The notes beneath the pieces are model-generated. The model saw only the letters and a program-made list of their open reading frames with translations, made no database searches and was not told where the DNA came from. This document shows, one piece after another, positions 13,163 to 26,704 of a DNA stretch of 64,000 bases. A program made the position numbers and the translations under genes. Within the stretch, counting starts at the first letter, position 1; every line of letters begins with the position of its first letter. The stretch is from Podarcis tiliguerta (taxonomy: Eukaryota), in NCBI GenBank assembly GCA_965153285.1, contig OZ229117.1; one strand, 5' to 3'.

Positions 13163-14534
13163 TTAGCAGCACTGAGAGGCACCCATGTTGTGCTCTGGCT
13201 CCCCTTGCCCTGTGGCCTTCTTATCATGCAAGAGGGACTTGAATACTGTGGCTTCCATTCCACTGGTTTATAACCCAACAAGCCACCATCTCCTCTCCCA
13301 TCCTCTGAGAAACCCACTGCCAAAGTGCATTGAGCAAAGCAGGAAAATCCAGTCCTCCTATATCTAAAAACAATGCAAGACCCAAAGACTTCCAGCTTCT
13401 AAGAACAGGGGGAGCCCAGCGTCACCCCCTGCAATCCTCAGGATGAGGATTCCCTGGCCATGCGAACGGGGAAGAGAATGTCAACAGGCTGCTGCTGCTG
13501 GGATTCTGAAAGCCATGGATAGTGGCTGTTTGTAGCTGACACTTACTGCTTTGCAAAATTTTAGTAGCTTTCTAAGACTCAGTGGTATTTTTTAAAAAAT
13601 TGGAATCTCAAGAAATCTGAAAAAACCTGACTGGGGTGAATTGTAAGGGCAGAGGTGGGTTGTCTTGAAAGCACCTGGCATAGGATTCAGTGCAAGTTAT
13701 CAGCTTTATTATTATTTTTAAGTAAAATAAAAGGTATCCAACTGCTGCGCAGGGGCCAAAATTCAGCTATACCTCAGAAGCCAATAGAGGGGAAAACATT
13801 TTTTGGGGGGACATGTGGCCCCCCTGCAGTCCCCTGGTCCTCTGCACTGACTACGCTGAGTTGGTGCCTTCCTCTCCACCTGTCTACCATGCTCTCAACT
13901 CCTCCCTCTTTCTTAGTCTTTGTAGAAGCAGGCACATTTGTGGCACCTGTTCAACTCAGTGAAAAACATTTGTTTGCAGAGAGAATCTTAACACTGATTT
14001 CCAGAACTTCCAACTACCTTGACATACCCACAGAGCACAGCCATGGATAACACAAGAGGCCCATTTCCTACTGGGCAAGTGAAGCCAACTCCACCCTCTT
14101 CCACATTCAGCTGTGGACTGCAGTAAACTACTACTTCAAGTGCAGAATGAACGCTGTGGCACCAGTGGCCTTTTCCAAAAAGTGCAGGCTGCGTCCCAGA
14201 ATTCAGTCACAAGCTTAGAATGGCAAAGTAATTAAATGACAAAAGGCCTGGAGAACGACCTGCTTCTTGTTGCCCTCAGATTCTCACCAGGACAATGCCC
14301 ACAAGAGCCTCACGCAAGGCGCACTCAAGTCTCCTGAACAGCAAAACAGAATGATGCAACCAGAGGTGCTTCTTTCCTTATCCAGCAAAACAGCAAGAGG
14401 AAGTACAAGTGATTGTTACAAAGCTTCACACTGGCAGCTAGGTAGAACATGTTATGAAGAAGGCCCACTAAATACCCTTAGGATCTAAGCAGAGATCGCT
14501 GCCACTTCCACTGGATGGGTGGTGTCTTCTAGAG

Positions 14535-14966
14535 CAGTGGTCCCCAAATTTCTTGTTTCATTTATTTTTGTTTATTATATTCATATACTGCTCTTCACCC
14601 AAAGATCCCAGGGCATTTCACAGGATAAAAATACACTGACCCCTTGGTTCCATAAACTCACCCCCAGTGCCCCCTACCCTATGCTATGAAAAGCACTATT
14701 CAGAATAGTGGGTTGCATAACCCACTAAGGAGAATAATAACATAATAAAATTCAAACAGGTAACAATTAATTTCATGTTTATTCAAAATCCAATCAAAAC
14801 TGTTCAGTTTAATTAATTCAACAAAGCTGGTGAACTTGATCCAGTGATACCAGCTTTTCAAAGTCTGATAATCATTTGCACCTCCAGTACTCTCCTATCA
14901 CCACGCCTCCTTGCCTCTTAAAGGTTCCTTTAGTAAGCTCAGTACTGCTCACTTTGGGAACCACTG
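14535..14966. mobile_element. hAT (Charlie-like) MITE
   Basis: TIRs CAGTGGTCCCCAAA / TTTGGGAACCACTG; degenerate 8-bp TSD TTCTAGAG / ACGTAGAG. Confidence 0.8.
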
Positions 14967-15946
14967 ACGTAGAGCAGTCTTCCTGCATCGGGATATCAAT
15001 GTAGAGTGAGTTGTGGTGATTGATTTCATCATTTTGACACACCCGAGTCTTCCTCTCTGAGGAAACTCAAGAGAAGGGATGTAAAGGCAATCCCCAGCAG
15101 CACAGCCAGAATAGCGAGAGGGAGGCATTGTGAAGCCAACAAAAATATTGGCCAATGGCTCCCAATCTTAACAATTTGGACGTGTCGAAGACAACAACAG
15201 CAGCGAACAAGAACAGCCATTCATGTTCAGGACATGCCAACCAAAAAACAAGGGCAACCTTCACAAAAGGGCGGGTTCTTTGTGCCTCTCGCCACAGAGC
15301 AATTAAAAATGAATCGAAGTTCTAGCTACAGCAAAGTAACGCTCCGATTGCCACCAACCTTGCAAGCCAAATGGTCAACGGCCACAGAGTGGGCTGCCGT
15401 GCATCCTAATGACCCTTATGTAAGTGCAGTTATGAGAGTTTGTGTCCTACTCAAAACCAAAATGTGGAAGGAAGGAGGGAGGGGAGGATGGCTTGAAAGG
15501 TTTGCTGGCCTGACCTAGAAATGAACCTGGACTTGCTGATCAGATGCTTCATGGGCTACTGATGCATTTGGGGTGTGCATTTGGTGGCCAAACCCCAGAA
15601 TTTGTCTTGAGGGCCTTTAGGAAAGAAGCCTGTCAGGAAAATCCTGTGGCTCTTAATATTTTGAAAAAGTGCCCTTTTACCCACGTTCTCCACTCAGCCC
15701 TGCATCTGCCAATCCATCTGAGAGACAAAGGAAAACAGAAGCACTCCCTCCTTCTCCTCACCCATCTGCCTTTCTTCCCTTCGTCCCTCCCAATAGCCAA
15801 AATGTGGTTTATAAGCTCCCAGGAGCAACCGCTTCTCTTTTGGGCATGATGCATTACTTGGAAAAGAGCTGCAGACATGGATAAAAATAGACATAAATAA
15901 TAAAAAATAATTTGTTCTCAAGGTGATCCACTCTTGCAGTATAAGA

Positions 15947-16396
15947 GTGCCACAGTTTAGGAATTATATTGACAAGCTTGAACACATGCAGAGGAGGGTG
16001 ACCAAGATGATCAAGGGTCTGGGAAACCAAGCCTTATGAGGAACAGCTGAGGGAGCTGAGTATATTTAGCCTGGAGAAGAGAATACTGAGAGGTGACACA
16101 AAAGCCACCTTCTAATATCTGAAGGGCTGCCACATGGAAGATGGAGCAAGATTGTTTTCTGATGCTCCAGAGGGAGAGAACGTGAACCGATGGATTCAAA
16201 TTACAAGAAAGGAGATTGGGAAGAACTTTCTGACAGTAAAGAGCTGTTCGACAGTAGAATGGACTCTCCTTCATTGGAGGTTTTTAAACATGTGGCTGGG
16301 TGGCCATCTGTCAGGGATTCTTTAGCTCTGATTCCTGCATTGCAGGGGATTGGACTGGGTGGGATCCCTTCCAACTCTACTATTCTGATTCTGTGA
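15947..16396 (+). mobile_element. CR1 LINE 3' end
   Basis: Degenerate ORF2 C-terminus (DKLEHMQRRVTKMIKGL, FSLEKR.LRGD) and terminal CCCTTCCAAC...ATTCTGATTCTGTGA. Confidence 0.88.
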
Positions 16397-17084
16397 GTGG
16401 GTTTGTGGACACACTGTTCCCCCTTTGCCATCATCTGGCTTCCCACAAGCCCATGGCAAGGGTGAGGCCTGCTGGCACAGCTGCCCTTGCATCCTCTGAC
16501 CCACAATTGGAGAGATTTAAGAAGTGTTCTCTCGGCTTGACACACACAGAGGCACATCCTAATGGTGCCAAAGTCTGTAGGCTCTCGGTCTGAACAGAAT
16601 CCTTTCGTTTCTCATTCAGGAATGCATCCTCAAATTCTAGGGTGGCCAAAAGCAGGCCTGGCTCTGTGACACACAGGAAACCCAAGGCTTGAAACCTGTG
16701 GCTGCAGCCTCCCCTCACATGGGCTGCTGCATGCAGTTCACTTGGACTAAAAGGCATTCATGAACAACAGTTGGCCTCTCATGAGCTGCTCCTTTCCATA
16801 AAGCAAATGAGCTGGCGGCAGCCGGGGGAGGGGGGAGAGACACTCTGATGAAAGAGGGCGACTGGCCAGCCTAATTTTGCCCCAGCTGAGCAGAGCATTG
16901 TCCCAGGCAAGCCTGCAGCCCACCACAGAAGTACAGCTCACAGCTGCTTGGCCTCCATTGTATCTCCGTTTATCAAAGAGCCAGAGGCTCTGCTCTCCCC
17001 TCCCCTGACTTTGGTGAGGAAAAGCTGAACAAACATGGAGAAAGTGGAGAGAGAGAAGTTTCTCTCCTGCTCTTCTAGACACTA

Positions 17085-17487
17085 GAACTCATGGACGTCC
17101 AATTTAGCTGAACGTTGAAGGATTCAGGACAGACAAAAGAAAGTGCTTCTTCATGCACCACATAATTAAACTATGGAACTCATTCCCACAGGAGGAAGTG
17201 GTGGCCACCAACTTGAATGGCTTTAAAAGAGAATTAGACAAATTCTTGGAGGAGAGGGCTGCCAATGGCTAGCAGCCATGATGGCTCTGCTCTGCCTCTG
17301 CAGCTGCGAGGCAGCAATGCTTCTGAATACCAGTTGCTGGACTCTGCAGAAGGGGAGCTTGATTTTGAGCTCGGATCCTTCTTGCAGGTTTCTCACAGGC
17401 ATCTGGATGACCACTGTGAGATCAGGATGCTGGATTAGATGGGCCATTGGCCTGATCCAGTGGGCGATTTTTATGTTCGCATGTTAA
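17085..17487 (+). mobile_element. CR1 LINE 3' end (second subfamily)
   Basis: RFRTDKRKCFF...IIKLWNSFPQEEVVATNLNGFKRELDKFLEER, followed by a 3' UTR ending GGCCTGATCCAG...TTATGTT. Confidence 0.85.
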
Positions 17488-17496
17488 GTTCAAAGG

Positions 17497-17723
17497 AATA
17501 ATCATAATATAATGATTTATTATTTATATGCCGCCCATCTGACTGAGCTGCCCCAGCCACTCTGGGCAATTTCCAACAAATTAAAAATCCAATACAGTAA
17601 AACAGCAAACATTAAAAACTTCCCTATACAGGGCTGCCTTCAGATGTCTTCTAAAAGTCAGATAGTTGTTTATTTCCTTGACATCTGACGGGAGGACGTT
17701 CCACAGGGCAGGTGCCACTACCG
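17497..17723 (-). mobile_element. L2-clade LINE 3' fragment (same family as 55860-56281)
   Basis: Shares GACATCTGA.GGGAGG.CGTTCCACAGGGCAGG and CCACTCTGGGC blocks with the 55.9 kb copy. Confidence 0.85.
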
Positions 17724-17935
17724 ACAGCCCATAGACAGCCTGTCTCCTGACCTCACACCAACAGAAGGGTCATGAGGGAGCTGAGAGGAAGGTACCACTG
17801 GTTGCAGTAAGAGAACTAAGCCCCACCCAGCCCAGCCCTTGAGGCAGGCTCCAAACCTGTACACAGGAACACACAGATAGCAGAAAGGCATTTGGAAGCA
17901 CAGAGGTGGCAACTCAAGGCGGGATGTGGCCTCAC

Positions 17936-18068
17936 CTGATGATGAAAGCTCCCCGCAACTCCAGAAGCTTCCGCTCACTGCTGAATCTCTTGAGCAAGTT
18001 GATCATGAACTTATAGAAGTAGGAGTTCATGGTGGGTGTTGAGGGAGAGCACTCCATGCCTTTGGTAC
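17936..18068 (-). CDS. VAC14: VAC14 exon 14 (133 nt)
   Basis: [45 protein letters not shown]; polypyrimidine+CAG acceptor, AG|GTGAG donor. Confidence 0.96.
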
Positions 18069-18218
18069 CTGGAAGAAGGAGGAGAGAGGAAGTTAACTCT
18101 ATTTAAGGAAGAAGCATTTGTAGAAGCAGAGGTGGGTTTCCAAGCTCGGCTTGTCACCCATGATCACAGTAGGCAATCCTAGCTCTGATTTGAAGCGGCA
18201 GCTTTACTCTCTCCAACT

Positions 18219-18392
18219 ACATGAAGTTGCCTTATACCAAGCAGCTCCTGTTGTCCACAGTGACTGGCAGCAGTTCTCCAGACTTTCAAGCAAGGATCTC
18301 CCAACCCTACATGGAGATGCCATGGGGGATTGAACCTGGGACCTTCTGCATGCAAAGTAGATGCTTTACCACTGAGCTACCGTGGCCCTTCC
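18219..18392 (-). mobile_element. tRNA-derived squamate SINE
   Basis: Minus strand has box A (TAGCTCAGTGG) and box B (GGTTCAATCC) followed by a non-tRNA body. Confidence 0.8.
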
Positions 18393-19172
18393 CCTGCAAT
18401 ACATAGTGAAGGCACACTACCACTTGTTTTAGCCTGCCCTTTGTTTTACACAGTCATAAAAGAGATCAGGAACTCTGGTCCTCCTCTGAGTCACAGGGAA
18501 AGGAAAGGTGTGGAGATGTCTCTGAACTGAAAAGGCATAAAAATGCATTTCCTATATGCAGACATTGGCACAAACCTGGCACAGCAATAGAAAAACGAAG
18601 CTGACAAATAAAGGTGAAAACTTGATTATTAGGCAGTCATTCCAAAGAGCATTTAAAGTAACCCAGCTAAGCACAGCTATAGAGCAGGCTAGGTTATGGA
18701 AAAATGGAAATCGAAACATCCTATGGAAATTTAGCATCTCAGGAGAGATGCTCTATAAACCCACAAGACTACCTTGCACAACAGGACTCTCAATATGTCC
18801 AAGAAACAGCCTTTGCCAACTTGATGCCCTCCAGATGTTTCAGACTACAACTTCCATCAGCCCCAGCCAGCATAGATAAAATGTGATTCAAGTCGGTCAC
18901 TAGGCCATGGAGAACAGAGGCAACAGACAACCCCAAAGCCAAACTTCTTTTGAAGGGGAAAGGTGTGTCCTCTTCCTAGAAAGGGTGGTGATCATGGTAG
19001 GCACTGGCAATAAAGATCAACCTTAATACTTGTTTAAACCTTCAATCAAACAGCATAATGTTAAAAAGGTGCAGAATGGGCAGGCAAATATCATTCTCAA
19101 AGCCTCTCCTCAAACTTAGGGTATAACTCTTTGGATATAGGAAACAAAACATGCACTTCTTTCATTTTCCCC

Positions 19173-19173
<1 letters not shown>

Positions 19174-19203
<30 letters not shown>

Positions 19204-19228
19204 CTCTCTCTCTCTCTCTCCCCCCCCC
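19174..19228. repeat. Compound (TTTC)n(TC)n C-run pyrimidine tract
   Basis: Direct read. Confidence 0.9.
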
Positions 19229-22200
19229 AGCCCTTCTTCACGAGCACCCAGTTCCTTTGTTTTTGTAAGGTTTTGGAGAGTCTAGAGGCACTTAAGCGCC
19301 CAAGCCACTTGTTTCCTGACTCTTACAAAGGCTTACTATCCTGTCCAAATATATGGAAAACAACAGAAAGACAAGGGGTGGGTGGGAACTGATACTCAAG
19401 GCTGAACAGGGCCTTCTTCAAAGGAAGTTATCTGCAAGGGTCAGACCTGATGGAATTGGGCAGAATGTCCAGGTCACAGGAAAAGCTTCAAGGATTGCGC
19501 CCTAACATAGGTCTCTTTTTCCTCTTATACAAATCAGATGCTGATCATGCCTTTTCAAGAGGAAAAAAAGTTGTAGGTCAGACAGTTCCACGGATGGGCT
19601 GTCGATGGGGAAGTCAATGCATGGCTCTTCAGTCAGCACTCCTGGGCTCCACACTCATGAACGACAAGTAAAGAAGATGTGCACCACTGCACAATGGACC
19701 AGAAAAGCCACTCTGGCAGCCTCTCTCCCTGCCCGCCAGGCAGCTTGTAAAATCACAGTTGTCTCATTTGGGGTCAGGAGTTGGCAAATATTGCTGCACA
19801 ATGCACAACACAAGCAGGAAACAGGCTGCAGCTTCACTTCTCAATCTGCTGCTGGTTCAGCAGCAAAATTTGTTAAATTTGGATACACTGAACAAGCGGG
19901 GGTCAGTGTGAGGCATGCAGAGAGGAGACCCACTTCCTGCTATGAAGGTACATCCATAGCAAGACCTCAGCTTTGTATTCCTGCGCCCACCATCTCACAG
20001 CTCCTAATCTCTGCCCAGCCAGTTTTCAATTAATCTGCATGGTTACAACATAGAAACAGTCAAGCAGCAGAGAGGCTTCCAAGAGTCTCACCCACGCCTC
20101 CCAGATCCCTTTAACTTCCCCTGTTCCAGCTTCTGCCACCGATGGGTGGCTCGCCCACGATGGCATAGCAAGAAGATACAATTAAACCCGCCTTACTATT
20201 TATAGGAGCAGAAATACTAGAAAGGCAGGAGGAGGTGTTAGGAAAACACAGTTGAACCGATTCATTCATGCTGATACTCACAAATCAGAGGCTTCACAGA
20301 TACGCAACACACCAGACTGGCTGTTAGTACACATACAGAGAAGCCTAAGCCCACAAGTGTTGTGTTGGGACACCTCAGCTGCCCACAGTGAGCACAAGGG
20401 TGAGTTGCAACTGAGTAGGGTTGTCTCAGGGGAATTGCTCAGGGAGAAGCCTCAGAGGTTTCCTGGAAAGCAACTATGATGGTGTTAACTCTCACTGCCA
20501 AGGTGAGCAGCACATGCCTTCGCTAGTCCTCATCATGTTCCCGTGGCCTGGCACAGCAGACTGCACTCTAGCGGGAAGCTCAGAAAGAAGACAGCTTGAA
20601 TTTCTCCTCAACTCCACCACCTGGTCAGCCATACAGCTTGATCAAGCAGGAAAATGCTACATGTGCCCAAATTCAACTTCTCCATCACACACATCCTCAC
20701 CTGGTATTAAACAGGTGCCTGAGCTCCCCCTTCCCTTAAGGTTTCTCTTCTCTCCCTCTACTTCCTCAGAGGTGAAGATAATGGCGAGTTCTGCCCAGCA
20801 ACCCAGCAGTTTGCAGGCTTAGCCTGTGTTACTGCTGCAGAAATTGTCCAGAAGCAAGTTTTACTTCTCTGGCATCTGCAAACGCTGGGTGTATGGAAGG
20901 ATTCTGCAAAGATTCCCTAAAAGGATAAGCAGTTCAAGGAAATTGTGTGATACGCATGGGCCTACTCAGGTCACTCACCATCAAACAGTCAGAAACACCA
21001 GTTGTTTTGGACTAGGGCGGGTGGGAGCAGTGTTCCAAAACAAGCTGGTTGGGCAAGTCTCCTGCAGGCAATACTCTTTCTTTAGACCAGCTCTACACCG
21101 TGTCACTGTATGATATGCTTTTGCCCAGGAAAATTCCCTACAAGCCCAGCTTTATTCCTTGCAGAAAGGCAACCGGAGGACTAGACACTCTCCTCTCCAG
21201 CAGTTCCATACAAATAGTCAACACCAGAGAAGACTGCAATTTGGCACTGCCCTGCAGAGTCATCCCTCTTGTGGCAGAACAATTGTCTCTCAGCACTGCA
21301 TCATGGTAGCTTTTTGTAAAACAGAAACAGCCCCAGCTCAACACTGTGCCCTCCACTGTCAATGGAGAAAGGTTCTGAGGAGGCCAAAAGTTCTAAATGC
21401 AAGTGAGGGGCCCAGGAGATTCAGCAAGACTCCCTCCCGCCCCCTCTCTCCCTCTTCCGTCACCACAACAGGAGTCTGCCAGCCCAACCATGGCAGCTTC
21501 AGTCCCCAAACTAGGTGTCATTACTGTCTGTAAAGGTCAACAGAGAGTTTTGGATTTACATCGGCCCCTAATTTGCTTGCTTGCCCTTTGTTATTCAAGC
21601 TCTTTTCCAAGTTCCCCCCTGAAATGTTTCAGACTATTCCCCACCCCCCAACAGAAAACTCCCCTGAGAGCCTCTACAAACCCCTTCCTCTAGTCTAAAG
21701 CATTTTGCTCAGTATCTCTTGCCTGCGACTCTGGGGCAGAGCAAGATGGAAGAAATTCTGTGTCATTCACAGAGCAACTATTTTTCTGTCTCTTGGCTCT
21801 TCTGCAGGAAAGGAGGGGGGTTGGAGGGGGGCCACTGGAAAGTTCCTGGAGTGCCTTGAGACCAATGAACTTCCAGTCCTCATCCCCCTCCCCCAGCTGT
21901 CCGCCAGGCAGATGGGGCTGTGAAAGGGCTTCAGAGAGCTGCAGCTCCACCAATCCTATGCTTCTAAAAGTAGGAACCACTCAGGAGGCAGAAGCTGCCT
22001 TTTGACCATCAAGCTCCTATGAGCGGGTGCAAGAGCAGATCCCCACACCCTTCTCCATCCCCAAACATGCACTAGGATTGCTGCTGCTGCTGCCGCCGCC
22101 ACCACCACCACCAGGGAAGGCAAGCAGATTATCTTAAGTGAAACCTGATGTGCAGGAGAGACTTTCCAGCCGGTTAATACTACTACAGGATGTTTTGTAT

Positions 22201-25200
22201 TTCAACTTGGTAAATATGATGTAAAGGAACATCACATGGGAAGATAAAAATAGAGCAGCTCAAAGAACAAAAACAGAACCGCCCCAAGACATTTGCCTCT
22301 CAATTCATCACCGAAACAGATGTTGCTAAGATGTAGGCTCCCCCTTCCCAAGCTCACGGAGACACAAGCCAGTCTTCATTCCTTCCCTCCCCAACTACAG
22401 GGCACCTGGGTGTGTGCCTGTCCCTCCTCCCTGTTGCCACACACCCTTGACTGCCCTGCCCATTTCCAGAGGCACATGGCAGCAGAAAGACCCCTCTCCG
22501 GAGTAAGCTCTTGTTTGACTGAAACAAGGCAGAAGTGGAAAGTGTGGAGGTCACGGGGAGGGCGGTCGTGGTGGTGAAGAGGTGGAGAAGCACAAAGGGG
22601 AGGCATTCCTGCAATCCAGAAAGCCAATTTGGACCCAAAGAGATGGCTGCCCTGCCTAAGGCAGTCAGTTCTGGATATTGGGCACAAGACCTGGGATCTT
22701 CACAGGGATGCTTCGTATCTCTGCAGGGTTTTATAGCAAGAGAGGTGCACAGTGAAAAAGTGGGTGGGTGGAATGTACACACATTTAGAAACATCTTAGG
22801 TTTATTGGGTGAATCCACTGACAGAGCTGCTCTCCCAGGCCAGAACACAAGGCAAAACAGTCGCCTACAAAATGTCAACATCTGATGGGGCAAATCAGCT
22901 TTTCCCCAGCCTGCTGCCCTCCAGATGTTTTGGACTATAGCACCCATCAGCCCCAGGCCAGGGAAGGCTGATGCACACATTTCTCCGCATGGGAAAAGTT
23001 GCCGATTAAGGGGGTTTCAAGGTCAACACATGCAGTACGCGAGACTTCACCACAGCCGGACGCTAGGAACTTCCCTCCAGAAATGAAATCTGAATGCCAG
23101 GCTGGAAATGGGTGATGCCCAAGCAAGACTCCAGGAAGGCCATGTCTGGCTCTAAGCCCAGCATCCTCCTGTCCTCTTGCTCTGTGGGTCCCTGACTCAG
23201 GCCCTGCTCTGAGTGCCTAATCCCCAAAGCCTATTTCGCAAGCCAGCTCAGATTAGCACAAGTGGCTGGCTTTGTGACATCTGCTGCCTCCCTGACCTCT
23301 CTTCCCAGAGAACACCGCTGACTTCTTTCATGGGCTGGGATACACTGGGAGGAGCGTAAGTCAAGGCATTGACACTGTAAAGTTCAAAATCCTTTGCTTC
23401 ACGTGCCCCCCCCAGCCCATCACAAGGGGGGGGGGGGAAGCAACTTGCTTCTCGATCAAGCAGGTTGAGGTGAAGAAACACTTGGGGGGGGGGCGTTGAT
23501 TCCAGCCCACTACTAGGATCTCAGAGGTCCAGCCCACTTTAACATGTTCCATGAAGTGCTAGCCAAGCAATTTGAAGACAGAGGGGGCAACCCACCTCTG
23601 TGGGTGGTTTTGTGTCTGACAGAGCTACAGATTCAGAGCCAGCATTTTGGCAAGGGGATTAGCTAGCACACCAGAGCAAGTCATTTACTCACAGCAGAGC
23701 TTTCTGCTTCCCCTCTGGCTGGGCCCTCACATGACAAGGCAGCTGATCTGCTGGTTCTGAGAGCCTGCCCAAGTATTTCAAGATCACAAGCCAGGCCTTC
23801 TCCTCATTAAAACAGAAGTCACGAGTCCGGGGAAGCTAATAGTTATTATCCTGGCTCCCTGCCCCCTTTAAAATTGTTGCTTCTGTCTGGGGCAGTGGGG
23901 CACAATCCACTTACTCTTACAAATTTACCCCTCATTTGAGGTTTAGATGTTCAGCCTGTTTCCGACAAGGTTGCACTCCCCCAGAAGAACCCACTGGGTG
24001 GTGGAAAGGTGGGGTACAAGCAAATATTTGAGGATCCACATGTTCATATTGGGCTATGAACAGAACAGGATACTTCCAGACCAAGAAAGCACTTATCATC
24101 TTTGCGAAGCCCTGTGAAAGCGAGGGCATGTACCAATGCAGCCACAGAAATATTGCCAAATAAAAGAAAGGGCAGCTTGAAAAAAGTACGAAGACTTTTC
24201 TCAAGCATGAAGACAACTCAGCACACCTCGGCTGCAGCTTTCTCCAAGGAGAAATAAGGGGGAAGCAAAGCAGGGAGCAGATCTGCTCAGCAAGCAGAGC
24301 AAATACACCCCGCCAGGAAAAGCAAACAGCAGCATTTGCATAAACAGATTCTGAGGAAAGTGTGAGGATGAAATGGAACTGGCCCTCTCTTCCACCCTGG
24401 GGAGCCAATCTGGTGGTTCGCCATTTGAGCAGGCAAACATATAATGGAAACCAGCAGGGAGGGCGAGATGGGGGCTTGCAAAGGTGCCATTTAGCACAGC
24501 ATGCCTAGGAGTCTACTTGGAAGAACAGTCCAGCTTCTGATCCTCCTATCTTTGCCATCCTCCCCCAGCTCTGCCTTTGCCCAGAAAGAGTCTGGGCAGC
24601 TTGCCACATCATCTTCTTGGCCCTGAAGCCCACTGTGCAACTGGAGAAACGCCTTGTTGAATGTTCAGAATTTGCTGGCGGCCTCAGACTGGAATAACCC
24701 TCCCCCCAAAGGAAAAAAAACTCTGGCACAAGCGTGTTTGTCAAAAGCTGCTGGACTTTCCCCCACATCACCAAATTCTTCTCTTCTCTCAGAAGAAAGA
24801 ACTTAAGAAGTCCCGCGCAGGATCATTCCCGCAAACCGGTCCATCTGCCTTAATGGTTATGATGGAGCCGCACCTACTTGTTTCTGGTTATGAGATGCTG
24901 GGGGGTTCGCATCTCATGACATTCGGCAAACCTCTTTGTGTTCCTAGTCTCTAGCCAGTAGACACTTCTACTGGCAATCAGCTGCAGATATTATGGTCCT
25001 GGGCTCAAAAACCAGAGCCATGTCCTTAAAAGGGCTGCACAGATATGGATGTTTTAAGTAGTAAGAAAGCTGGGAGACACAGCTTCTTGGACATCTTCTT
25101 TCCAAATTATTATGTGACATAAAAGGCTTGGACTGGAATGGAGTTAAAGGGGCCACGGCAGCCTTTAGGATGGATGCCACAACTGCAAGGCTATTTTTAG

Positions 25201-25841
25201 ATAATCTACAGGGGAGGGAAGAGAAAGCCATCCACTTGATCTAAAGCACAGCTCTGCAGCCGCCTAGCCAGCTCCTCCCCCCACCCGTCTCCTGCACAGA
25301 CAGAGGATCAATGGCACACTCGAGGCCCTGCGCATTTGCTCCCAGCTGTGCTCAGCACAAGCCAACAGTGGGACAAGCAGCATGAGCTCATCGTGCTTCC
25401 TAGCCAGGGCATTACAGGCTGGACCAAAAGCTTCCAAGAAGCGGGGCTCCGAGATAGCAGCACCAGGGCACTGTGCAAAGGTAGAACCAGCCACAACTTC
25501 AGGTAACCTGGAACCCTCTCATGAAGAAGTAGGGAGCCTCTAGCCAGATGGTGAACTATAAGCGAACAACCAGGAAGGCTATGGTTGGTGTTTACCCTAT
25601 TATCCCTTTCCACCGCCTGTCACGATCTGTCCCTTTGCCCTTCCTGCTCATCATCCATGCGCCAGATGGGAAATCAGTGCAGGGTGGTGGGCTGAGCATT
25701 AGACAGGGAAGAGAGACCAGGATAAGCCCCTGCTCAGGGATGAAGCTTGCTGTGTGACTCACTTCTCTTACACAGTTGCTTTGGGAGAAATGCACATGTG
25801 AGTGAGCTCCCAGGGGGACAGGGGGAGGGAGGAAATACACA

Positions 25842-26009
25842 GGCTATATCCACTCCATACATTTAAAGTACACTATCCCCCCCCCCCCGAAACCTGGGAA
25901 TTGTAGTTTACCCCTCACAAAGCTACAGTTCCCAGCACCCTTACCAAACTTGTCCCTGGCACTCTTAGGGGGAAGCAATGTGCTTTAAATATATGGCATG
26001 TACATAGGC
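25842..26009. mobile_element. Palindromic MITE (Harbinger-like ends)
   Basis: Inverted termini CCATACATTTAAAGTACA / TGTGCTTTAAATATATGG; internal GGGAATTGTAGTTT / AAGCTACAGTTCCC. Confidence 0.65.
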
Positions 26010-26704
26010 ACGACGTGATAAGCCTAACAAAACCTTCCTTTCCCTCATGCCCTAACCTTGCCAAACACATTTTAAGCATTCTGGAACGTGAGTCAATCAA
26101 GGCAAGTAAAGGGCTGTCTGCATAGATGCTTCCTGCATGCAAAATTCACATTTCCATGGTGCTGATGAAATCTGTAATCTTCCCTGTGATTTTTTAATCT
26201 TCCCTTCTCAGTGGGGCCTTGATGAGTAGGTGAGAGGGTCTCTTCGACAGCAGGCAAGGGCTGGTTCAGTGGCCCCTCTGCCCAACAGAGGCTAAGAGGA
26301 TTAGGGATGACTTGGGAGGGCATGCAATTCTCCCATAGATGTCATAAACCCAGTCCTGAGGACCTTGGCCATCTCCAAGATGTTGCACTCTGAGCATCCT
26401 TCAGCAACCTAGCAGTCAGGCCTCTGCCATACCTGGGTGGGTGATGAACTTTTATGGATTCTTACCAGCTCTGAACCTGAAGGAAGCACCCTGTGGGTGC
26501 CTCTCCTGGAGATCTGTGCTGGACTGCTGCCTGGGATCCTTTGGCAGACTGGAAGATTTGAAGTCACGAAAGAATGAGGTTGTTTGGACTTCCACTCTTT
26601 GTCTTTTGAATGGACAAGGCTCAACAAGTTCTTAAGAGTTCGCAAAGAACTCAAGTGTGAAAATGCTGATCTTCTAACAAAAGTACGTAACTCACCCTGA
26701 AGAT

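Noticed and set aside
1-17935. VAC14 exon 15 and later exons
   Set aside because: Searched by eye for QLCLLLNAENIFHSMADIL-like coding sequence and did not find it; assumed to be outside the window, though a tBLASTn should confirm
18320-18392. tRNA gene
   Set aside because: tRNA-like boxes continue into a repeated SINE body with no proper acceptor stem; the same holds at 13.1 kb and 48.4 kb
22354-22980. 208-aa minus-strand ORF
   Set aside because: Starts within a MITE fragment and has no recognisable homology; likely chance
24067-24075. Second U12-like donor (GTATCCTG) in intron 13
   Set aside because: Imperfect consensus and no in-frame exon with a plausible acceptor upstream
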